This document shows, in pieces, positions 8,573 to 18,019 of a DNA stretch of 55,288 nucleotides. The notes beneath the pieces were generated by a model, which had not been told where the DNA came from, made no database searches, and saw only the letters and a list, made by a program, of their open reading frames with translations. The DNA lies in IMG/VR virus record IMGVR_UViG_3300038974_000721, positions 1-55,288 of that record; one strand, 5' to 3'. This stretch comes from a virus (Duplodnaviria > Caudoviricetes). Positions within the stretch are counted from its first letter, which is position 1; each line of letters opens with the position of its first letter. The position numbers were made by a program, and so were the translations under genes.

Positions 8573-10270
8573 TTATGGCGTATCGTGGATGACGGAGGTA
8601 TCGATTCTCCTGCCAGTATAACTTTGCGAACAGGACTCGTCACGATATATAGGTCTCTCACCCTGCTGCGGCCAGTGATCTTCAAAATGGAAAATGCTTG
8701 TTACTGTACCGCTCATAGAATCTCCATCTATAATTAGTTCACCAGTCGCTCTTTCCGATTGCCATATTTTACAGTAACCCCCACCATCGTATTCGTTTGT
8801 TCTTTCTTCAAACGGGTAATATTGAAGACGAACGGTATCCTCATATTGAGTCCATTCTCCATCCACCATCCTCGGCTCTTCTTGTAGCTCTATCTCTGCC
8901 TCTACCCACACACCATTTTCATCTAGGTTTTCGTGTTCCGTAGAATCCTCGCTAAAAGTACCATCGTTATAGAACTCGATAATAGAATGTCTACGACTAA
9001 GTCCCAAAGAACCATGATAAGTGTCTACACACTCATTTTCAACCTGCATATCCCATTTGCCAATCACACTATTCTGAGAATATTGTTGCTCTTCTTGAAG
9101 AAAAGCATCCTTGGTATCTGTCTCAGTAATCTCCTGGCTCCAGCTATTGGTCTCATATCCATCTGCCGAAACCGAGAACGACCAAATACCTGGATATCCT
9201 GTAATTGCAACATAACCACTGCTGCTGCTGGTCTGCTCAAAGCTATTGCTCAATCCGTCCCAGCCAGTAACCTGGGCATCAGGAATGATGGGTCCGCTTG
9301 CACTTTCATCGTGGATGTAGAGGGTTAAAGTGATATCCTGGTCTTGCTCCTGCTGCAAAAATGCATCCTTAATATCGTCCTCGTTTATGTCTTGGTCCCA
9401 ATTGTTCGTCTCATAGCCCGCTGCCGATACAGAAAATGACCAAGTTCCTGGGTATCCCTCAATAATGACGTAACCGCTGTTATCTGTGGTCTGCTGGAAG
9501 CTGTTACCTGATCCGTCCCAGCCAGTAACCTGGGCATCAGGAATGATAGGTCCGCTTGCACTTCCATCATGGACATAAAGAGTCAGAGTGACCGGTACGG
9601 ACTCATCTTGCTCTTGCTCCGATTGGGCCTGCTGCGAAATATCCAATGTGCTCTTTGCTAATGCCATAGTCTCTTTAATTTGAGCGTCTGTAGTACCTAC
9701 AGGTTGTTCATGGTATGACTCGCCTGTATCAGGATCTGCAACAGAAGCCCATTCTTGAGCCATATTTTTTTGAAATTGATAGTCTGAGATCCTACCTTCC
9801 GTCCATGCTTCATAACCTCTTTTTTCCAATAAGCATAGGCCAAACAACTCTTGTGTTGCCGCATCAAATGGGGTATCGTCAGAAAGGCCAAGTTTCTTCT
9901 GCTGCTCAACTAAAGTGCCACTTAGTATTTGATATTTTCCTACTGCCGATGATGGTAATTTGCTATTTGCTTGCTTGGCAAGCATTTGCTTCTGCAATTG
10001 TTTGACCTCCCCAATAGTCATTTCACTTAGTGGCTTAGAACCACTGGGATTATACCTACCATAAGCGTAGGTAATATCATAAGCACTAGCTAAACCATGT
10101 TCTTGTGCTGCAGCGTCAGTAGTACCTTCACCAATGGCTATTCGATCCAACAAAATAGCCGCCGCACTATCGTACTGCTGTACATCAATGCCACCTGCGA
10201 CGTATGGAAATAGCATCGTCAGGAGTAGCATAAATGCCAAAGACCGTATTCTTAATGCAGAAATTATCAT
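8573..10270 (-). CDS. Secreted protein: lambda-lysozyme/GH104-like muramidase domain, two Ig/Cna-B-like repeats and a C-terminal beta domain
   Basis: Signal peptide; LLDRIAIGEGT (catalytic Glu position), SSAVGKYQIL, FDAATQE, MAQEWAS; duplicated ~86-aa TLTLYxHD...GPIIPDAQVTGWDG...GYETN units (37-bp identical DNA at 9253 and 9511). Confidence 0.8.
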   Translation of the reverse strand: MIISALRIRSLAFMLLLTMLFPYVAGGIDVQQYDSAAAILLDRIAIGEGTTDAAAQEHGLASAYDITYAYGRYNPSGSKPLSEMTIGEVKQLQKQMLAKQANSKLPSSAVGKYQILSGTLVEQQKKLGLSDDTPFDAATQELFGLCLLEKRGYEAWTEGRISDYQFQKNMAQEWASVADPDTGESYHEQPVGTTDAQIKETMALAKSTLDISQQAQSEQEQDESVPVTLTLYVHDGSASGPIIPDAQVTGWDGSGNSFQQTTDNSGYVIIEGYPGTWSFSVSAAGYETNNWDQDINEDDIKDAFLQQEQDQDITLTLYIHDESASGPIIPDAQVTGWDGLSNSFEQTSSSSGYVAITGYPGIWSFSVSADGYETNSWSQEITETDTKDAFLQEEQQYSQNSVIGKWDMQVENECVDTYHGSLGLSRRHSIIEFYNDGTFSEDSTEHENLDENGVWVEAEIELQEEPRMVDGEWTQYEDTVRLQYYPFEERTNEYDGGGYCKIWQSERATGELIIDGDSMSGTVTSIFHFEDHWPQQGERPIYRDESCSQSYTGRRIDTSVIHDTP

Positions 10271-10532
10271 CCCTCCTAGGTTTAAAACTAATCTTACTTG
10301 GATTATAATAAACTTGTCTCATGGAGTGTATCCCTCTGAGTGGACAAAAAATTAAGCAATGGGAACACATGGATGTCGGATATATTCATGGCTCTGAGTC
10401 CCCTAAAGTTCGACGATTTGGGGATACAGGGCCATTATAATATCACATGAAGAAATAACTTGCTGTTACCTCGTAAAGAGCGAGTAGTTGCAGTCACTGA
10501 TATTTTCGAAATTCTACAGCAAAGCTAAAACG

Positions 10533-11126
10533 CTATCTTACAATTCGAATTGTTAAATCTGGAACACGTTCATATCCCATATACATATCGGTTTTCTCAC
10601 TGCTTGGTGTATAGTGCTTCTCTGTCGCCATGCCGTGAATCTTTAACTGTTCACCCAAATCGCCACTGGACATTCTGGTGATTACAGAATCCACTAGCCC
10701 CAAATTCTCAGCGTCTTCAGCAATCTGATCTAGGTGAGCAGAAGTTATTTTGAATGTTCCTTTATTTGGCATATATATACCAGAATATTTTATTGTGTAC
10801 TCTTTTACATTGATGTTTTGTGCAATTAACCGTTTGTCAATTATGGCAATTGCTGCTATTGCATCAACGAAATCCGATGGTTCGTCAGCCTTGGCATCAA
10901 TAACCACATCGCCTTTTTCATTCATGCTGTTGAAGAATAATACAACACCTCTCGGTCCATCGCTTTGACTAATCGATTTAATCTCGTTCTTGATTACATC
11001 TTCATCTGTTGCTCCGGGAGGTCGGATAATCTTTTCTTCTGAGATATTATCTTCGTTTCCAATACAGCCGGATAATGCTAGAACTACAACTATATATATT
11101 AGATTAATTAAACCTCGTAATTTCAT
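10533..11126 (-). CDS. Putative lipoprotein
   Basis: MKLR + hydrophobic stretch + LSGC lipobox; AT-rich. Confidence 0.75.
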   Translation of the reverse strand: MKLRGLINLIYIVVVLALSGCIGNEDNISEEKIIRPPGATDEDVIKNEIKSISQSDGPRGVVLFFNSMNEKGDVVIDAKADEPSDFVDAIAAIAIIDKRLIAQNINVKEYTIKYSGIYMPNKGTFKITSAHLDQIAEDAENLGLVDSVITRMSSGDLGEQLKIHGMATEKHYTPSSEKTDMYMGYERVPDLTIRIVR

Positions 11127-11218
11127 AATAGAGACGTCCTTTCAATAATTGAATGCGTCAGGCTTCAAGGCTTTCCAATATTGTTTTTAGCGAAGCTTCT
11201 TGATGCATAAGAGTATTA

Positions 11219-11368
11219 TTATCTCTGATCAACCTTCGCGGCTATTTTCTTATGATCTAATAGCAGCGCATTGGCGGCCTCGTCGCGGTTTCGATATCCC
11301 CCTGTTTCCTGGAAGTCCTTCAAGTATTGCCAAGCTTCGTCCGATACCATGACATTAATTCTCTGCAT
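11219..11368 (-). CDS. Small RHH/CopG-like regulator, candidate repressor (49 aa, absent from ORF track)
   Basis: MQRINVMVSDEAWQYLKDFQETGGYRNRDEAANALLLDHKKIAAKVDQR shows an alternating beta strand plus two helices; divergent from the early operon. Confidence 0.65.
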   Translation of the reverse strand: MQRINVMVSDEAWQYLKDFQETGGYRNRDEAANALLLDHKKIAAKVDQR

Positions 11369-11471
11369 GCTTAGCATTAAACGTAGTTTGTATATAAATA
11401 GTTTACGTCATAAACATTTTAGACGTTAGTTTTATATACGTATTAAACGTATAAGTACTAGGTGGTATAGC
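11369..11471. promoter_or_regulatory. Divergent promoter / operator region
   Basis: AT-rich with TATA-like boxes (TTTATATA on +, TTTATATA on -) and five ACGT-centred motifs, including ATTAAACGTA twice. Confidence 0.6.
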
Positions 11472-11864
11472 ATGTTGAGCGAACTGCTGCGTTGTGCGCC
11501 CGTTACGCGCTCTCTGGATGAGGTCCGGCAGCTATTGGCAAAGGCAAAAAATCCGCCTGTTAGTATAGCTTTGAATCAGGAAGAGATCTTGGTGCTCAAT
11601 GCGAAGAGAGATGCCTACTATACCGTGACACCTCGCGGTTGCAGCTGCCCTGCTTCAGTCTATTTCCAGGGGCCGTGCAAGCATCGAAGGAAATACTTCC
11701 CTGGTCAGAAAAAAACCAGAGAAGAGCTGGAAGCCGAAGGGGAAGCGATCCTCGATGCTCATCATAAAACCCCAAAGAGGCTAGCCAGGCCGCCAGAGGA
11801 CGGGTATAGCCTTAGACCAACAGGGAAGTGGCCGGGTGGATACAACGGGCCATGGGTGGAGTGA
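11472..11864 (+). CDS. SWIM-type zinc finger protein
   Basis: YTVT..GCSCPA......PCKH motif; GGTGGT RBS. Confidence 0.8.
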   Translation: MLSELLRCAPVTRSLDEVRQLLAKAKNPPVSIALNQEEILVLNAKRDAYYTVTPRGCSCPASVYFQGPCKHRRKYFPGQKKTREELEAEGEAILDAHHKTPKRLARPPEDGYSLRPTGKWPGGYNGPWVE

Positions 11865-12085
11865 TAAAAATCATCACTTTCAGGGTGGAATGGAAAGGTA
11901 TATCAAAGCGAACTCTAAATGAGGAGGACGAAAAATCAGGAAATACAATAAGGATGGCCGGGCTGCGATTCGGTAAGTCTCGCAAACGAACGAATCACAG
12001 CCGGTCAATGCCACTATCTTCCATTCGGTATTGAATCTTGCGGTAGGTAGCGGCATTGACATAGGCCAACTCCTAGGAGTTGGGA

Positions 12086-12403
12086 ATGTCAAAAGTAGGT
12101 GGGCAGAATTATATTAGCACTGCACCTATAGAATCAGGTGCTGCGATAAGTGGATCGACCAACGAATTTTCTATCATTTTGCCGGGCTTAGAGTTAAATA
12201 AAATTTTAGCAGACGGGGCCGCTGCATGGGGGATTCTTCAAAATATATCCCGCCATTCAGATGGGTTGATCAGGATTACTCTGAGCGGCAAAGAATGCCT
12301 GGTTGATGAGTCTCTTTATAGCGCCCTGGTGAGCCTGAAAGGCCATCGGGTAGCCGTATCGCATATAAACGGAATCTGGGGAGTAGGAAAACTGGGGGCT
12401 TGA
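12086..12403 (+). CDS. Hypothetical early protein
   Basis: ORF in the + strand early operon. Confidence 0.55.
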   Translation: MSKVGGQNYISTAPIESGAAISGSTNEFSIILPGLELNKILADGAAAWGILQNISRHSDGLIRITLSGKECLVDESLYSALVSLKGHRVAVSHINGIWGVGKLGA

Positions 12404-12406
12404 ACC

Positions 12407-12547
12407 ATGCGCGAGAGGCTGCTAGCTCAAGCTAGGGATATCTATGATATGATCAAGCCTGGTGGTATTTTATTCCTATTTATATTGCTCATTACATTAA
12501 TAACAATGGGCATACTGTTAATTCACTTTCTGGGGTGGTCCCCATGA
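12407..12547 (+). CDS. Small membrane protein (46 aa, absent from ORF track)
   Basis: MRERLLAQARDIYDMIKPGGILFLFILLITLITMGILLIHFLGWSP; fills the gap and has an ATGA overlap with the next gene. Confidence 0.55.
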   Translation: MRERLLAQARDIYDMIKPGGILFLFILLITLITMGILLIHFLGWSP

Positions 12548-12831
12548 AACCTGTTTTCGAGACCCTATTGAGGAAGGGAATCGAATCAGCGAAGCTGGAA
12601 GCCGTGTTTGATGGTGTAGACCAGCACGGCCATGTTATTCTGAGGGACGTGAGAACCAAATTCGGTGTCGAGCATCATGCCTGGCTGAATTATCGATGCA
12701 CGGCCATGCTTCCACCTGTTAAAAGGGGGGATCGCATCCAGTTTTGGGCTGACCTCCAGCCCTATAAGAAGATCAATGGTAGCCGAAGCATCAGGCTGGA
12801 ATGCGCTCGGGAAGCTAGGGTGGTGAGCTGA
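12544..12831 (+). CDS. Hypothetical protein, possible OB-fold
   Basis: Beta-rich; HAWL...VKRGDRIQFWADLQPY; coupled to both neighbours. Confidence 0.6.
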   Translation: MKPVFETLLRKGIESAKLEAVFDGVDQHGHVILRDVRTKFGVEHHAWLNYRCTAMLPPVKRGDRIQFWADLQPYKKINGSRSIRLECAREARVVS

Positions 12832-12959
12832 TGAGGCTCGATGATAGCCATTTTCAGGAGAGGCTTGAGCATATCTACAACCGAGCTGGCAGAGTTCTCC
12901 AAGCTGAACCGAGGCAAAGCCAACTGAAGGATTTTGAGGTGGATGCCCATGGGGATTAG
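12831..12959 (+). CDS. Small hypothetical protein (42 aa)
   Basis: TGATG coupling with upstream GGTGA RBS; MRLDDSHFQERLEH... Confidence 0.45.
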   Translation: MRLDDSHFQERLEHIYNRAGRVLQAEPRQSQLKDFEVDAHGD

Positions 12960-13140
12960 ACGCAGACGAAACAAGTCCAACCTCATCCAGCCGCCCAAAT
13001 CTGATCACAAAGCCCTTCCGCTGGTTCTGAAAGATGCCCAAGAGAGGCGCGCTTTTCTCCGGACGCTGGAGCTGTGGAGATTATTCGATTCGTATCTAGC
13101 CGCCCTGCTGGAGATAGGGGGAACGTCGGAACGGAACTAA
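12949..13140 (+). CDS. Small hypothetical protein
   Basis: GAGGTGG RBS before ATG at 12949. Confidence 0.5.
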   Translation: MGIRRRRNKSNLIQPPKSDHKALPLVLKDAQERRAFLRTLELWRLFDSYLAALLEIGGTSERN

Positions 13141-13152
13141 GACGGTGGCAGC

Positions 13153-16100
13153 ATGAGCTTTGATGACGTGCCCGCTATGCTTAGGGACGCTAAACAGTGG
13201 GTAGCCAGGAAAGAAAAGAAGCCTTGTGACCTGCAGGGGCGGTCAGGCGGATGGCAGAATTCAGATTTCTGGATAAGCTTCGAAGAAGCTAAGGCGGGTA
13301 TAGAATCCAACCCAGGGATGTTCTCGGGGCTGGGATTTGTCATAGCCAGGCATCCAGAGAGGGGTGATAAGCAGCTGATAGGGATTGATCTGGATGCTTG
13401 CCGTGATCCGAGGACCGGATGGGTAAGCCCTTGGGCTGCTGAGATCTTACGGAAGCTTAACAGCTATACCGAATTATCCTTATCAGGCACTGGCTTCCAT
13501 GTTTGGATTCTCGGGAAACTGCCAGAAGGCATGGACAGCGCCGAAAGCGAGGGGATGGAGCCTATCACATTACCACCTGATGTATGGGCTTTCATCAAAG
13601 CGATTAAGAAGAACGCTGCCAGGTGCAACACCATAGAGATCTATGAGGACGGGCCGCGGCATTTCGCTATGACTGGAAGCCGGGTAACTGATTATTCGGC
13701 TGACGCAGAATATCGGCCCGAAGTTCTTTCTGAGCTGCTCGGATTGTGCAGGTGCAGCGCCGGGCCTTCAGGTGATTCAGGTTTACCGGAATGGGCGGTC
13801 GAAATGGCAAAAGTGGCCGCTGGTAAGAGGCTCCCTCCCTTGAACATCTTAGATGTCATTGATACTCGGGGGTGGGAACAGTGCGGACATCAGTTGCGCG
13901 GGCCTCATCCAACCCTGGGGAGTTCCACCGGGCATAACCTGGTAGTCGATCCAGAGGCCGGATTGTGGGCCTACATGCACAACGGCATCAATAGCGGTGG
14001 AGATGCCTGGTTATGGCTGGCTTGTGAGTGCGGGGCGGTGCCCTGGGAGGAGGCCGGGGCGGGCAAACTCAAAGATAAGACAATTGTCGAAAAGACGATT
14101 GCATATGCAGTGAGCAGGCAGCTAGTTAATGCAGAGGACGTAATCCGGGAACCTGAGATAAGATTGCTCAGGCCGGACGACGAGCCGGGGGCCATAGGAA
14201 TAGCACCAGACGGCACGGTACAAACTGTGACCACTGACCCCAAAGGCAATAAAGAACTCAAGTGGGTATCCGATTGCGCTATTGGCATATACCTGGAAAC
14301 TCAGGAAGACAGACGTACTGAGTTTGTTTTCAGAGGGAAAGGCGCTAAAGATGGCCGCCCAGTCGAATTTACTGCAGATGCTGATGTTGTGTCCGAATCC
14401 CGGAAATTCCGAGCCCTGATGATCAATTACTTTGGAGCTAGGAACCGGCTAGGGAAACTCGATTTTGAGACAGCACAACGTCTCAGTCGCAACACCATCC
14501 TGAGAGAACGAGTGACTATCCCCAGGTGGCGGCAAAATATACCCTTGGTGCCGGGTGTTGGACTGGCTGGTGATGTGGTATTCAGGCTGGCTCAACAAAC
14601 ACCAGCCATGGTTTGTGATGGTGACATTGGCGCAGCCAAAGAGCTTTTCAGAGATATGCTGAAGCTACGCCGGTATTCGTCATTGCTTCTTACCACCATC
14701 CTGGGGGCTCCGGTCTTTGCCCGGTGGTTCAAGAACGATCGGATCGGGATCGCCCTATGGGGCAAGACTGGCAGCAACAAAACCACTATCGCGCAATTGT
14801 TCACGGCCATATACGGCCTTGGATACCTGGATGATCGGACCCTGCTGAAGCATGGCAAGCTTGGAGGCACCCAGGTTGGTGCTATGGAAGTTCTGTTGAA
14901 CGCCGGGATTTTGCCGCGCATATTGGATAATGTCAAAGCCACGGATGCGAAGGACGCTTTGGCCTATATAGCCATCATCCAGGCCATCATGGAGGGAGGG
15001 GAAAAGCTCCGGGGTAAAAGGGAAGGGGGCCTTCGGACAACAAACGAGTTCCTAGTCACCCCCATAGTGACAGGGGAGATCAAAGTATCTGAGGCAAGCA
15101 CATCAGCCAGGATACTCAATTTGACCTGGGAAAAAAGCCAGGATATGGCCAATCTAACGAGTATCCAATCGAGGGTAAAATATCTGCCAGTGATTGGTTA
15201 TCATTGGCTCAGATACCTTGCAGCTAATACCCATGATCTGAGGCAGGGTTTTGAACAGAAGAGATCGGAGATGGCAACCAGTTATGCTGCCAAAGGCTAT
15301 GTCAATCCAGGCAGGCTGGCTAACATCTACTGCTTGCTCAGAGGCATATGGACCTTGATTGAGAACGGGCCTTTTGGTGAAGAGGCTAAAGAATTTCATG
15401 ATGAATTCCTAAATGCCCTTAATGAGGCCATAGAGGCCCAAGGGCTAGAGGTGACATCAGAGACCGAGCTAGCTAGATTTCTAAACGCTGTGCGGAATTT
15501 ACGGGCTTCTAGGCCCGATTTGTTCATGATCGGGGGGTTGCCAAACAGCTCGGATCGGATTATAGGCAGGGAGAACGAACTCGGGCTATTTCTTCTGCCA
15601 GAAGAGACTTTGGGGCTGCTGAAGCAGATGGGCGTGTTCACCCAGGTTCCCTCGGAGAACAGCATCACCAAGGCTCTGAAGGAGGAGGGATATCTCAGAG
15701 AGATCAAAGACCGTCGTAGGCTGAACATCACCAAGATTAATGGTATCAAGGTCTCCGGTTGGTGGCTGAAACCGGATTGGGATGATGATCTTCCTGAAGT
15801 AGATGAAGCGTCCCACAAATCTCGTGGGACGGAGCCCTCCACATGGGAACCAAAATCGATATCATTAGGCGGCAGTCCCACAAAACCCACATTTTTAGAG
15901 AAAAGCAAAACTTATAGGGGGGTGGGGGGAGAAAACGAGGAAAAAACATATGATAGAAATGTGTGGGACAGTGGGTCTAATAGAATAGAATATAGTAATA
16001 ATACATCTATAGATACTGATTATAATAGTACCACTACCTGTCCCGCTTCGGTCTCATTAGTCCCAACGGAAGAAAAATCGATATCAATCGAGCCTACTGA

Positions 16101-16377
16101 AGATAACGATGAGGCTAAAGGTAGCGATTTATCGCAATCTATTAAAATGAAAATATGGGAAAACGTAGGTTATGCTCTGAAGAAGTGCCCGAGGAAGGAC
16201 AAAGAGAGCAATAGGACAGGCATAATTCTTGATGACGTTATCAGCGCAGGGCTGGACGCCCGGAGAGCAGAAGAGCTTCTGAGAGCGACTGGATGGGAAA
16301 GCAGCGAGGCGGAAGCCAGCGGCCTGAAGATCTGGTGGGCACCTGAGAAGGTTCTCCGGGCTTATGGATTGGCTTAG
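13153..16377 (+). CDS. Primase-polymerase / helicase fusion replication protein
   Basis: AEP-like DLDAC, YTELSLSGTGFH, EIYE...FAMTG; HPTLGSSTGHN accessory domain; P-loop GKTGSNKTT and ILDN (DUF927/SF3-like helicase). Confidence 0.85.
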   Translation: MSFDDVPAMLRDAKQWVARKEKKPCDLQGRSGGWQNSDFWISFEEAKAGIESNPGMFSGLGFVIARHPERGDKQLIGIDLDACRDPRTGWVSPWAAEILRKLNSYTELSLSGTGFHVWILGKLPEGMDSAESEGMEPITLPPDVWAFIKAIKKNAARCNTIEIYEDGPRHFAMTGSRVTDYSADAEYRPEVLSELLGLCRCSAGPSGDSGLPEWAVEMAKVAAGKRLPPLNILDVIDTRGWEQCGHQLRGPHPTLGSSTGHNLVVDPEAGLWAYMHNGINSGGDAWLWLACECGAVPWEEAGAGKLKDKTIVEKTIAYAVSRQLVNAEDVIREPEIRLLRPDDEPGAIGIAPDGTVQTVTTDPKGNKELKWVSDCAIGIYLETQEDRRTEFVFRGKGAKDGRPVEFTADADVVSESRKFRALMINYFGARNRLGKLDFETAQRLSRNTILRERVTIPRWRQNIPLVPGVGLAGDVVFRLAQQTPAMVCDGDIGAAKELFRDMLKLRRYSSLLLTTILGAPVFARWFKNDRIGIALWGKTGSNKTTIAQLFTAIYGLGYLDDRTLLKHGKLGGTQVGAMEVLLNAGILPRILDNVKATDAKDALAYIAIIQAIMEGGEKLRGKREGGLRTTNEFLVTPIVTGEIKVSEASTSARILNLTWEKSQDMANLTSIQSRVKYLPVIGYHWLRYLAANTHDLRQGFEQKRSEMATSYAAKGYVNPGRLANIYCLLRGIWTLIENGPFGEEAKEFHDEFLNALNEAIEAQGLEVTSETELARFLNAVRNLRASRPDLFMIGGLPNSSDRIIGRENELGLFLLPEETLGLLKQMGVFTQVPSENSITKALKEEGYLREIKDRRRLNITKINGIKVSGWWLKPDWDDDLPEVDEASHKSRGTEPSTWEPKSISLGGSPTKPTFLEKSKTYRGVGGENEEKTYDRNVWDSGSNRIEYSNNTSIDTDYNSTTTCPASVSLVPTEEKSISIEPTEDNDEAKGSDLSQSIKMKIWENVGYALKKCPRKDKESNRTGIILDDVISAGLDARRAEELLRATGWESSEAEASGLKIWWAPEKVLRAYGLA

Positions 16378-16438
16378 ATGGAGGTGAACGAAAAAGTATC
16401 CTCCGGCCCGACTGGAGGATTAAGGAAGTGAAAGAGAA

Positions 16439-16930
16439 ATGGCAGACGTATTTGTGTCAATGCTGGAAGAGATGGAAGCCGAAAGCAAGAAAGGCGGGGC
16501 CTTCTTCAAGATGGAACCGACTGACGAGAAGCGGATCGTGATTCTAACCGATCCGGAGAAAGGCATCAGCAACTTCGATCGACCAGGTGCGGATGGGATG
16601 ATCACCACGCCAGACGGCAAGAAGAGACCGCCTAGAACCATATTCAGGATGAAGGTGATGGTGGAAGGAACTAAGGATGAGCTGATTTGGGAGTTTGGTC
16701 ACAGATCGATTATGCAACAGCTGGTCGCTATAGCCAAGCAGAATCGCCTGCAAACCTTCCGGGGTGCTCATCTCCTGGTCAAGACCTCGGGGACGGATAA
16801 CAAGAACCGGGCTTGGTTCTTGATGATGACCAGCCCACCACAGGCTGCACCTGCGCAAGCACCTTCTCCGGCTTCGGTGCTGCCAGAGGGACAGAACTGG
16901 CTGGAATCTCAGAGGGTGGGGGCTCTGTAA
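16439..16930 (+). CDS. Putative ssDNA-binding protein
   Basis: Follows the primase; FFKME...RIVIL beta-rich core with a flexible P/A/Q tail. Confidence 0.45.
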   Translation: MADVFVSMLEEMEAESKKGGAFFKMEPTDEKRIVILTDPEKGISNFDRPGADGMITTPDGKKRPPRTIFRMKVMVEGTKDELIWEFGHRSIMQQLVAIAKQNRLQTFRGAHLLVKTSGTDNKNRAWFLMMTSPPQAAPAQAPSPASVLPEGQNWLESQRVGAL

Positions 16931-16987
16931 GGCCCCTCACCTTCTCTGAGCTACCTAATCCCAAAATAAGGAGGTCTAAACAAGGGA

Positions 16988-17209
16988 ATGGTGCGGAACG
17001 TTCGAAGTGGCAGGAAATGCAAAGTCAGGATTCCTGGTCATAAGAAGGGTGAACCGCGTGTTAAGGTGAGCAGAGAGGACTATCCAAAGCTGGTTGCTAT
17101 GGCCGACGCAGGACATTTTTATTCGGAAATAGCTAGAGAATTCGGGATATGCAGGGATACAGCAGCAAGGATAATCAGGACGTGGAGGCGTGAAAACGGC
17201 ATCATGTAA
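16988..17209 (+). CDS. HTH DNA-binding protein
   Basis: GHFYSEIAREFGICRDTAARII. Confidence 0.8.
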   Translation: MVRNVRSGRKCKVRIPGHKKGEPRVKVSREDYPKLVAMADAGHFYSEIAREFGICRDTAARIIRTWRRENGIM

Positions 17210-17540
17210 AGCTAAAGGCCGCCGCCTTCAGAACATGGTGGCCGCTATGATCAGGGAGAAGTTCAGTCTTCCTGAGGAGGATGTACGACCAGTTCCAATG
17301 AGTAGCGAGGGAGCGGATATCCAGCTCTCTAAAAGAGCTAGACTGATATTCCCCTTTGCGGTGGAGTGCAAGAATCAAGAACGTTTGAACATATGGGAAG
17401 CGATCAAGCAAGCCAAGAAGCATGGTGATAATACTTGCTTGACCCCGCTGGTAGTATTCACACGCAATAGGGAAGACGTCTATGTATCGCTACCACTGGA
17501 AGATTTTATGGATCTTTTGGTAATATGCGCGGCAGATTGA
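17190..17540 (+). CDS. PD-(D/E)XK Holliday-junction resolvase-like nuclease
   Basis: KAKGRRLQ...GADI...AVECKNQE. Confidence 0.8.
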   Translation: MKTASCKAKGRRLQNMVAAMIREKFSLPEEDVRPVPMSSEGADIQLSKRARLIFPFAVECKNQERLNIWEAIKQAKKHGDNTCLTPLVVFTRNREDVYVSLPLEDFMDLLVICAAD

Positions 17541-17764
17541 GATATACCGCCTTGGAAGCGTTGAAATTGCTCCCGGAAAAGCCCTTTCTGGCATCAGAGC
17601 TGGAAACTCCTGTTCCAGGAGCTACTCTCCGGTATCTGATGGAAAAGGGATGTATTGCTCCGGTGGGTCGGGGCGGCATTAAAAAGCGATATTGGATTTG
17701 GAGGTTAACAGATATCGGGAAATGGCATAAGAGGCGAGGAGCATGGCGAGCACAAAATTGTTGA
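17525..17764 (+). CDS. Small wHTH-like protein
   Basis: FLASEL...GATLRYLMEKGCI...WRLT; overlaps neighbours. Confidence 0.5.
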   Translation: MRGRLRYTALEALKLLPEKPFLASELETPVPGATLRYLMEKGCIAPVGRGGIKKRYWIWRLTDIGKWHKRRGAWRAQNC

Positions 17765-17961
17765 TGGATACGCTGAAGTACATGCCAGTGGGTAGAACCA
17801 TTACAGTGCCTGAACTGGAATATAGAACAGGTCGATACGGCTCTAATCTGAGACGGGTTCTTGATGACCTTCTGGAGCTGAAGATTATCAAGAAGATAAA
17901 CATAGACGAGACAGGCAAAAAAGGCAGTCGTCTCCGGGTGGCCTATATCCGTCAAATATAA
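17743..17961 (+). CDS. Small wHTH-like protein
   Basis: ITVPELEYRTG..GSNLRRVLDDLLELKII; GAGGAG RBS. Confidence 0.6.
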   Translation: MASTKLLMDTLKYMPVGRTITVPELEYRTGRYGSNLRRVLDDLLELKIIKKINIDETGKKGSRLRVAYIRQI

Positions 17962-18019
17962 TGGATCAAATACAGACCAAAAGGTGTTTAATAGTATAAT
18001 ATAATTGTGGGTATGAAGG

